64,000 nt of DNA, from the NCBI GenBank assembly GCA_964016885.1, contig OZ024755.1, positions 38,874,001 to 38,938,000 of the forward strand, given 5' to 3'. Within the stretch, counting starts at the first letter, position 1; each line of letters starts with the position of its first letter. Of the stretch, positions 9,418 to 19,900 are shown in pieces. The translations under genes and the position numbers were made by a program. This stretch comes from Eledone cirrhosa. Its lineage: Eukaryota. The notes beneath the pieces were generated by a model. That model made no database searches, was not told the origin of the DNA, and saw only the letters and a program-made list of their open reading frames with translations.

Positions 9418-9563
9418 CACACACACACACACATTATATATATATATATATATATATATTACATTTTATATATATATATATATATATATTACATTATATA
9501 TATATATATATATATATTACATTATATATATATATATATTACATTATATATATATATATATAC

Positions 9564-9651
<88 letters not shown>

Positions 9652-9765
9652 ATATATAGTTTAAGTATAAAGGAATAAAGAGTCAGTGTTGCATAATAAC
9701 TTTTTTCTTTACACCTAAACACACACACACACACACACACACAGAATACATACATAAATAAATAA

Positions 9766-9814
<49 letters not shown>
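9288..9814. repeat. Compound (TA)n-TTA(CA)n microsatellite with a higher-order unit
   Basis: Repeated (TA)n-TTACACAC.../TTACAT units, followed by (CA)n, (TAAA)n and (TA)n. Confidence 0.95.
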
Positions 9815-9819
<5 letters not shown>

Positions 9820-9997
9820 GACGTAAAATAAGAAAATTATAAAAATTAACTTACTTACTAATTTTCTTATTTTACGTCTTTCATATAATTGTTCTGCATC
9901 CCCATGCATTGAACCACAAAGTTACTAAGACAAAACCTATATATTTGCTGGCATAGGTATACATCTGTATATATATATGTTAGTAGATATACTAATT

Positions 9998-10051
<54 letters not shown>

Positions 10052-10053
<2 letters not shown>

Positions 10054-10229
10054 CGAAGGAAATGTGGTAAGGAACCAGGTGGACCATAACGCACCAAAGT
10101 ACTCGATACTTAGGGTAGTAGAGTGGGTAATAGGAACAAGTAAGACCCCGACGGCGGAGTATAGAATTAGTATAGAATTAGCCGTCGAAACGGCTTGAGC
10201 TCAGCCGTCGGGGTCTTACTTGTTCCTAT
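10052..10229. mobile_element. Fold-back element containing the 3' half of a hammerhead
   Basis: Perfect 26-bp inverted arms at 10130-10155 and 10204-10229. Plus strand reads GCCGTC-GAAA-CGGCT(TGAGCTC)AGCCG-TC/GGGGTCTT, with no CTGANGA box. It is flanked by (TA)n on both sides. Confidence 0.8.
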
Positions 10230-10340
10230 ATATATATATATGTAGCTTTGTAGAATTAGCTTTTAATGAATTCCCTTTTCTATCAACCAATGACCTGCAC
10301 CCATCCCACTCCCCACCCTCTCCTACCACTTGTAGAGACC

Positions 10341-10348
10341 TATAAATA
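10341..10348 (+). promoter_or_regulatory. TATA-box-like motif upstream of the hammerhead (pLTR-like promoter candidate)
   Basis: TATAAATA follows a C-rich tract and lies ~25 nt before helix I of the ribozyme at 10371. This is a motif match only. Confidence 0.35.
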
Positions 10349-10370
10349 CCATATTTATTTTTTGATACCC

Positions 10371-10421
10371 AGATTCCTGATGATTTCTAATGAATGAAAC
10401 AGTTCTAGTCCTGTAGAATCT
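10371..10421 (+). ncRNA. Type-I hammerhead ribozyme, canonical core
   Basis: AGATTC-CTGATGA-TTTC(TAAT)GAAT-GAAA-CAG(TTCTAGTC)CTG-TA/GAATCT. Helix I is a perfect 6 bp, helix III is 4 bp, and predicted GUA cleavage is after 10415. Helix II is 3 bp plus a U-U at the 10.1/11.1 position. Confidence 0.85.
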
Positions 10422-10963
10422 CATCTATATTAAAACTTTTATACTCTGCTATGTATTGAGTACCTTACTTACTGTGGTTACCTCCGATTCAACCCGGAAT
10501 AACGTATATATATATATGTATATATATAATATTTGTTGTATTTTCTTATTTTCCTGTAATCAGTGTAATTGTATTGCCTGTATTAAAACTGTAGATACAA
10601 GTTATATACAACTATTTTCTGATGAGGTCGTTAGTATTGATGTAATTCACTGTTCTTCTTTGATGTGTTATAGTTGTTATAGTTATTCCTAGGTTTTAGT
10701 CTGTGGGACTTCTCTCTTTCAATGGAGACGATCGACGGAGGAACTTGTGGAAGATATAATGGCGCTTCTCTACTGATGAGATCAATGGAATTAGTGGAGT
10801 GCTCCACGTGAACTTCTTCGGGTTGATATCTTCTGTAGATTATAACTAAGTAACCATGAAATTCCAGAGGGAAGCAGATTTACGTAGGAAAAATCTTAAT
10901 GTTGGTTTGTGGAGCCATAGTAGTTGATGATGTGTGGTGTACTGTCTTCCGTCGGGGTGTGTA

Positions 10964-13900
10964 GGGGTCTCACTAAAGTGTCTTGGGTTGGGGGTGTCTG
11001 GCAAAAGTGTCTTGTATTGGGGTGTCTCACTAAAGTGTCTTGTATTGGGGTGTCTCACTAAAGTGTCTTGTATTGGGGTGTCTCACTAAAATGTCTTGTA
11101 TTGGGGTGTCTCACTAAAATGTCTTGTATTGGGGTGTCTCACTAAAGTGTCTTGTATTGGGGTGTCTCACTAAAGTGTCTTGTATTGGCGTGTCTCACTA
11201 AAATGTATTGTATTTGGGTATCTCACTAAAATGTCTTGTATTGGGGTGTTTCACTAAAATGTCTTCTATTGGGGTGTCACACTAAAGTGTCTTGTATTGG
11301 AGTGTCTCACTAAAGTGTCTAGTATTGGGGTGTCACACTAAAGTGTCTTGTATTGGGGTGTCTCACTAAAGTGTCTTGTATGGGGGTGTCTCACTAAAGT
11401 GTCTTGTATTGAGGTTGTCTTACTAAAGTGTCTTGTATAGAGGTGTCTCACTAAAGTGTCTTGTATTGGGGTGTCTCACTAAAGTGTCTTGTATTGGGGT
11501 GTCTCACTAAAATGTCTTGTATTGGGGTGTCTCACTAAAGTGTCTTGTATTGGGGTGTCTCACTAAAGTGTCTTGTATTGGGGGTGTCTCACTAAAGTGT
11601 CTTGTATTGGGGTGTCTCACTAAAGTGTCTTGTATTGGGGTGTCTCACTAAAGTGTCTTGTATTGGGGTGTCTCACTAAAGTGTCTTGTATTGGGGTGTC
11701 TCACTAAAGTGTCTTGGGTTGGGGTGTCTCACTAAAGTGTCTTGGGTTGGGGTGTCTCACTAAAGTGTCTTGTATTGGGGTTTCTCACTAAATGTCTTGT
11801 ATTGAGGTGTCTCGCTAAAGTGTCTTGTAGTGGGGTGTCTCACTAAAGTGTCTTGTAATGGGGTGTCTCACTAAAGTGTCTTGTATTGGGGTGTCTCACT
11901 AAAGTGTCTTGTATTGGGGTGTCTCACTAAAGTGTCTTGTATTGGGGTGTCTCACTAAAGTGTCTTGTATTGGGGTGTCTCACTAAAGTGTCTTGTATTT
12001 GGGTGTCTCACTAAAATGTCTTGTATTGGGGTGTCTCACTAAAGTGTCTTGTATTGGGGGTGTCTCACTAAAGTGTCTTGTATTGAGGTGTCTCACCTAA
12101 AGTGTCTTGTATTGGGGTGTCTCACTAAAGTGTCTTGTATTGGGATGTCTCACTAAAGTGTCTTGTATTGAGGTGTCTCACTAAAGTGTTTTGTATTGAG
12201 GTGTCTCAACTAAAGTGTCTTGTATTGGGGTGTCTCACTAAAATGTCTTGTATTGGGGTGTCTCACTAAAGTGTCTTGTATTGGGGTGTCTCACTAAATT
12301 ATCTTGTATTGGGGTGTCTCACTAAAGTCTCTTTTATTGGGGTGTCTCACTAAAGTCTGTTGTATTGGGGTATCCTGTATTGGGGCGTCTCACTAAAGTG
12401 TCTTGTATTGGGGTGTCACACTAAAATTTCTTGTATTGGGGTGTCACACTAAAGTGTCTTGTGTTGGGGGTGTCTCACTAAAGTCTCTTGTATTGGGGTG
12501 TCTCACTAAAGTGTCTTGTATTGGGGTGTCTCACTAAAGTCTCTTGTATTGGGGTGTCTCACTAAAGTCTCTTGTATTGGGGTGTCTCACTAAAGTCTCT
12601 TGTATTGGGGTGTCTCACTAAAGCCTCTTGTATTGCTGTGACTCACCTAAATGTCTTGTATTGGGGTGTCTCACTAAAGTGTCTTGTATTGGGGTGTCTC
12701 ACTAAAGTGTCTTGTATTGGGGGTGTCACACTAAAGTGTCTTGTATTGGGGTGTCTCACTAAAGTGTCTTCTATTGGGGTGTCTCACTAAAGCCTCTTGT
12801 ATTGCTGTGACTCACCTAAATGTCTTGTATTGGGGTGTCTCACTAAAGTGTCTTGTATTGGGGTGTCTCACTAAAGTGTCTTGTATTGGGGTGTCACACT
12901 AAAGTGTCTTGTATTGGGTCTCTCACTAAAGTGTCTTCTATTGGGGTGTCTCACTAAAGTGTCTTGTATTGCGGTGTCTCTCCTAAATGTCTTGTATTGG
13001 GGTGTCTCACCTAAATGTCTTGTATTGGGGTGTCTCACTAAAGTGTCTTGTATTGGGGTGTCTCACTAAAGTGTCTTGTATTGGGGTGTCTCACTAAAGT
13101 GTCTTGTATTGGGGTGTCTCACTAAAATGTCTTGTAGTGGGGTGTCTCACCTAAAGTGTCTTGTATTGGGGTGTCTCACTAAAGTGTCTTGTATTGGCGG
13201 TGTCTCACTAAAGTGTCTTGTATTGGGGTATCTCACTAAAGTGTCTTGTATTGGGGTGTCTCACTAAAGTGTCTTGTATTGGGGTGTCTCACTAAAGTGT
13301 CTTGTATTGGTGTGTCTCACTAAAGTGTCTTCTATTGGGGTGTCACACTAAAGTGTCTTGTATTGGAGTGTCTCACTAAAGTGTCTAGTATTGGGGTGTC
13401 ACACTAAAGTGTCTTGTATTGGGGTGTCTCACTAAAGTGTCTTGTATGGGGGTGTCTCACCTAAATGTCTTGTATTGGGGTGTCTCACTAAAGTGTCTTG
13501 TAATGAGGTTGTCTTACTAAAGTGTCTTGTATAGAGGTGTCTCACTAAAGTGTCTTGTATTGGGGTGTCTCACTAAAGTGTCTTGTATTGGGGTGTCTCA
13601 CTAAAATGTCTTGTATTGGGGTGTCTCACTAAAGTGTCTTGTATTGGGGTGTCTCACTAAAGTGTCTTGTATTGGGGGTGTCTCACTAAAGTGTCTTGTA
13701 TTGGGGTGTCTCACTAAAGTGTCTTGTATTGGGGTGTCTCACTAAAGTGTCTTGTATTGGGGTGTCTCACTAAAGTGTCTTGGGTTGGGGTGTCTCACTA
13801 AAGTGTCTTGTATTGGGGTTTCTCACTAAATGTCTTGTATTGAGGTGTCTCGCTAAAGTGTCTTGTAGTGGGGTGTCTCACTAAAGTGTCTTGTAATGGG

Positions 13901-16900
13901 GTGTCTCACTAAAGTGTCTTGTATTGGGGTGTCTCACTAAAGTGTCTTGTATTGGGGTGTCTCACTAAAGTGTCTTGTATTGGGGTGTCTCACTAAAGTG
14001 TCTTGTATTGGGGTGTCTCACTAAAGTGTCTTGTATTTGGGTGTCTCACTAAAATGTCTTGTATTGGGGTGTCTCACTAAAGTGTCTTGTATTGGGGTGT
14101 CTCACTAAAGTGTCTTGTATTGAGGTGTCTCACCTAAAGTGTCTTGTATTGGGGTGTCTCACTAAAGTGTCTTGTATTGGGGTGTCTCACTAAAGTGTCT
14201 TCTATTGGGGTGTCTCACTAAAGCCTCTTGTATTGCTGTGACTCACCTAAATGTCTTGTATTGGGGTGTCTCACTAAAGTGTCTTGTATTGGGCTGTCTC
14301 ACTAAAGTGTCTTGTATTGGGGTGTCACACTAAAGTGTCTTGTATTGAGGTGTCTCACTAAAGTGTTTTGTATTGAGGTGTCTCACCTAAAGTGTCTTGT
14401 ATTGGGGTGTCTCACTAAAATGTCTTGTATTGGGGTGTCTCACTAAAGTGTCTTGTATTGGGGTGTCTCACTAAATTATCTTGTATTGGGGTGTCTCACT
14501 AAAGTCTGTTGTATTGGGGTATCCTGTATTGGGGTGTCTCACTAAAGTGTCTTGTATTGGGGTGTCACACTAAAATTTCTTGTATTGGGGTGTCACACTA
14601 AAGTGTCTTGTGTTGGGGGTGTCTCACTAAAGTCTCTTGTATTGGGGTGTCTCACTAAAGTGTCTTGTATTGGGGTGTCTCACTAAAGTCTCTTGTATTG
14701 GGGTGTCTCACTAAAGCCTCTTGTATTGCTGTGACTCACCTAAATGTCTTGTATTGGGGTGTCTCACTAAAGTGTCTTGTAGTGGGGTGTCTCACTAAAG
14801 TGTCTTGTATTGGGGTGTCTCACTAAAGTGTCTTGTATTGGGGGTGTCACACTAAAGTGTCTTGTATTGGGGTGTCTCACTAAAGTGTCTTCTATTGGGG
14901 TGTCTCACTAAAGCCTCTTGTATTGCTGTGACTCACCTAAATGTCTTGTATTGGGGTGTCTCACTAAAATGTCTTGTATTGGGGTGTCACACTAAAGTGT
15001 CTTTTATTGGGATGTCTCACTAAAATGTTTTCTATTGGGGTGTCTCACTAAAGTCTTTTCTATTGGGGTGTCTCACTAAACTCTTTCCTATTGGGGTGTC
15101 TCACTAAAATGTCTTGTATTGGGGTGTCTCACTAAAGTGTCTTGTATTGGGAGTGGCTCACTAAAGTGTCTTGTATTGGGGTGTCTCACTAAAGTGTCTT
15201 GTATTGGGGTGTCTCACTAAAGTGTCTTGTATTGGGGTGTCTCACTAAAGTGTCTTGTATTGGGGTGTCACACTAAAGTGTCTTGTATTGGGTGTCTCAC
15301 TAAAGTGTCTTCTATTGGGGTGTCTCACTAAAGCCTCTTGTATTGCGGTGACTCACCTAAATGTCTTGTATTGGGGTGTCTCACTAAAGTGTCTTGTATT
15401 GGGGTGTCTCACTAAAATGTCTTGTTTTGGGGTGTCTCACTAAAGTGTCTTGTATTGGGGTGTCTCACTAAAGTGTCTTGTATTGGGGTGTCTCACTAAA
15501 GTGTCTTGTATTGGGGTGTCTCACTAAAGTGTCTTGTATTGGGGGTGTCTCACTAAAGTGTCTTGTATTGGGGTGTCTCACTAAAGTCTTGTATTGGGGG
15601 TGTCTCACTTAAGTGTCTTGTATTGGGGTGTCTCACTAAAGTGTCTTGTATTGGGGTGTCTCACTAAAATGTCTTGTATTGAGGTGTCTCACTAAAGTGT
15701 CTTGTATTGGGGTGTCTCGCTAAAGTGACTTGTAGTGGGGTGTCTCACTAAAGTGTCTTGTATTGGGGTGTCTCACTAAAGTGTCTTGTATTGGGGTGTC
15801 TCACTAAAGTGTCTTGTATTGGGGTGTCTCACTAAAGTGTCTTGTATTGGGGTGTCACACTAAAGTGTCTTGTATTGGGTCTCTCACTAAAGTGTCTTCT
15901 ATTGGGGTGTCTCACTAAAGTCTCTTGTATTGCGGTGTCTCACCTAAATGTCTTGTATTGGTGTGTCTCACTAAAGTGTCTTGTATTGGGGTGTCTCACT
16001 AAAGTGTCTTGTATTGGGGTGTCTCACTAAAGTGTCTTGTATTGGGGTGTCTCACTAAAATGTCTTGTAGTGGGGTGTCTCACCTAAAGTGTGTTGTATT
16101 GGGGTGTCTCACTAAAGTGTCTTGTATTGGCGGTGTCTCACTAAAGTGTCTTGTATTGGGGTATCTCACTAAAGTGTCTTGTATTGGGGTGTCCTGTATT
16201 GGGGTGTCTCACTAAAGTGTCTTGTATTGGGGTGTCTCACTAAAGTGTCTTGTATTGGTGTGTCTCACTAAAGTGTCTTCTATTGGGGTGTCACACTAAA
16301 GTGTCTTGTATTGGAGTGTCTCACTAAAGTGTCTAGTATTGGGGTGTCACACTAAAGTGTCTTGTATTGGGGTGTCTCACTAAAGTGTCTTGTATGGGGG
16401 TGTCTCACCTAAATGTCTTGTATTGGGGTGTCTCACTAAAGTGTCTTGTATTGAGGTTGTCTTACTAAAGTGTCTTGTATAGAGGTGTCTCTCTAAAGTG
16501 TCTTGTATTGGGGTGTCTCACTAAAGTGTCTTGTATTGGGGTGTCTCACTAAAGTGTCTTGTATTGGGGTGTCTCACTAAAATGTCTTGTATTGGGGTGT
16601 CTCACTAAAGTGTCTTGTATTGGGGTGTCTCACTAAAGTGTCTTGTATTGGGGGTGTCTCACTAAAGTGTCTTGTATTGGGGTGTCTCACTAAAGTGTCT
16701 TGTATTGGGGTGTCTCACTAAAGGGTCTTGTATTGGGGTGTCTCACTAAAGTGTCTTGTATTGGGGTGTCTCACTAAAGTGTCTTGGGTTGGGGTGTCTC
16801 ACTAAAGTGTCTTGTATTGGGGTTTCTCACTAAATGTCTTGTATTGAGGTGTCTCGCTAAAGTGTCTTGTAGTGGGGTGTCTCACTAAAGTGTCTTGTAA

Positions 16901-19900
16901 TGGGGTGTCTCACTAAAGTGTCTTGTATTGAGGGTGTCTCACTAAAGTGTCTTGTATTGGGGTGTCTCACTAAAGTGTCTTGTATTGGGGTGTCTCACTA
17001 AAGTGTCTTGTATTGGGGTGTCTCACTAAAGTGTCTTGTATTGGTGTGTCTCACTAAAGTGTCTTCTATTGGAGTGTCTCACTAAAGTGTCTAGTATTGG
17101 GGTGTCACACTAAAGTGTCTTGTATTGGGGTGTCTCACCAAAGTGTCTTGTATGGGGGTGTCTCACCTAAATGTCTTGTATTGGGTGTCTCACTAAAGTG
17201 TCTTGTATTGAGGGTGTCTTACTAAAGTGTCTTGTATAGAGGTGTCTCACTAAAGTGTCTTGGGTTGGGGTGTCTCACTAAAGTGTCTTGTATTGGGGTG
17301 TCTCACTAAATATCTTGTATTGGGGTGTCTCACTAAATGTCTTGTATTGAGGTGTCTCACTAAAGTGTCTTGTAATGGGGTGTCTCGCTAAAGTATCTTG
17401 TAGTGGGGTGTCTCACTAAAGTGTCTTGTATTGGGGTGTCTCACTAAAGTGTCTTGTATTGGGGTGTCTCACTAAAGTGTCTTGTATTGGGGTGTCTCAC
17501 TAAAGTGTCTTGTATTTGGGTGTCTCACTAAAATGTCTTGTATTGGGGTGTCTCACTAAAGTGTCTTGTATTGGGGTGTCTCACTAAAGTGTCTTGTATA
17601 GGGGTGTCTCACTAAATGTCTTGTATTGGGGTGTCTCACTAAATGTCTTGTATTGAGGTGTCTCACTAAAGTGTCTTGTAAAGGGGTGTCTCGCTAAAGT
17701 ATCTTGTAGTGGGGTGTCTCACTAAAGTGTCTTGTATTGGGGTGTCTCACTAAAGTGTCTTGTATTGGGGTGTCTCACTAAAGTGTCTTGTATTGGGGTG
17801 TCTCACTAAAATGTCTTGTATTGGGGTGTCTCACTAAAGTGTCTTGTATTGGGGTGTCTCACTAAAGTGTCTTGTATTGGGGTGTCTCACAAAAATGTCT
17901 TGTATTGGGGTGTCTCACTAAAGTGTCTTGTAATGGGGTGTCTCACTAAAGTGTCTTGTATTGGGGGTGTCTCACTAAAGTGTCTTGTATTGGGGTGTCT
18001 CACTAAAGTGTCTTGTATTGGGGTGTCTCACTAAAGTGTCTTGTATTGGGGTGTCTCACTAAAGTGTCTTGTATTGGGGTGTCTCACTAAAGTGTCTTGG
18101 GTTGGGGTGTCTCACTAAAGTGTCTTGTATTGGGGTTTCTCACTAAATGTCTTGTATTGAGGTGTCTCGCTAAAGTGTCTTGTAGTGGGGTGTCTCACTA
18201 AAGTGTCTTGTATTGAGGGTGTCTCACTAAAGTGTCTTGTATTGGGGTGTCTCACTAAAGTGTCTTGTATTGGGGTGTCTCACTAAAGTGTCTTGTATTG
18301 GGGTGTCTCACTAAAGTGTCTTGTATTGGGGTGTCTCACTAAAGTGTCTTGTATTGGTGTGTCTCACTAAAGTGTCTTCTATTGGGGTGTCACACTAAAG
18401 TGTCTTGTATTGGAGTGTCTCACTAAAGTGTCTAGTATTGGGGTGTCACACTAAAGTGTCTTGTATTGGGGTGTCTCACCAAAGTGTCTTGTATGGGGGT
18501 GTCTCACCTAAATGTCTTGTATTGGGTGTCTCACTAAAGTGTCTTGTATTGAGGGTGTCTCACTAAAGTGTCTTGGGTTGGGGTGTCTCACTAAAGTGTC
18601 TTGTATTGGGGTGTCTCACTAAATGTCTTGTATTGGGGTGTCTCACTAAATGTCTTGTATTGAGGTGTCTCACTAAAGTGTCTTGTAATGGGGTGTCTCG
18701 CTAAAGTATCTTGTAGTGGGGTGTCTCACTAAAGTGTCTTGTATTGGGGTGTCTCACTAAAGTGTCTTGTATTGGGGTGTCTCACTAAAGTGTCTTGTAT
18801 TGGGGTGTCTCACTAAAGTGTCTTGTAATGGGGTGTCTCGCTAAAGTATCTTGTAGTGGGGTGTCTCACTAAAGTGTCTTGTATTGGGGTGTCTCACTAA
18901 AGTGTCTTGTATTGGGGTGTCTCACTAAAGTGTCTTGTATTGGGGTGTCTCACTAAAGTGTCTTGTATTGGGGTGTCTCTCTAAAGTGTCTTGTATTGGG
19001 GTGTCACACTAAAGTGTCTTGTATTGAAGTGTCTCACTAAAGTGTCTTGTATTGGGGTGTCTCACTAAAGTGTCTTGTATTGGGGTGTCTCACTAAAGTG
19101 TCTTGTATTGGGGTGTCACACTAAAGTGTCTTGTATTGGGTGTCTCACTAAAGTGTTTTCTATTGGGGTGTCTCACTAAAGCCTCTTGTATTGCCGTGAC
19201 TCACCTAAATGTCTTGTATTGGGGTGTCTCACTAAAGTGTCTTGTATTGGGGTGTCTCACTAAAATGTTTTCTATTGGGGTGTCTCACTAAAGTGTCTTG
19301 TAATGGGGTGTCTCACTAAAGTGTCTTGTATTGAGGGTGTCTCACTAAAGTGTCTTGTATTGAGGGTGTCTCACTAAAGTGTCTTGTATTGGGGTGTCTC
19401 ACTAAAGTGTCTTGTATTGGGGTGTCTCACTAAAGTGTCTTGGGTTGGGGTGTCTCACTAAAGTGTCTTGTATTGGGGTTTCTCACTAAATGTCTTGTAT
19501 TGAGGTGTCTCGCTAAAGTGTCTTGTAGTGGGGTGTCTCACTAAAGTGTCTTGTATTGAGGGTGTCTCACTAAAGTGTCTTGTATTGGGGTGTCTCACTA
19601 AAGTGTCTTGTATTGGGGTGTCTCACTAAAGTGTCTTGTATTGGGGTGTCTCACTAAAGTGTCTTGTATTGGGGTGTCTCACTAAAGTGTCTTGTATTGG
19701 TGTGTCTCACTAAAGTGTCTTCTATTGGGGTGTCACACTAAAGTGTCTTGTATTGGAGTGTCTCACAAAAGTGTCTAGTATTGGGGTGTCACACTAAAGT
19801 GTCTTGTATTGGGGTGTCTCACCAAAGTGTCTTGTATGGGGGTGTCTCACCTAAATGTCTTGTATTGGGTGTCTCACTAAAGTGTCTTGTATTGAGGGTG

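Noticed and set aside
5297-10198. [14 protein letters not shown] ORFs
   Set aside because: They are translations of (TA)n and (CA)n microsatellites.
10615-10790. CTGATGA boxes at ~10619 and ~10773
   Set aside because: No helix II followed by GAAA and an NUH site was found downstream. A box C-like/hammerhead-box match alone is not evidence for a ribozyme or snoRNA.
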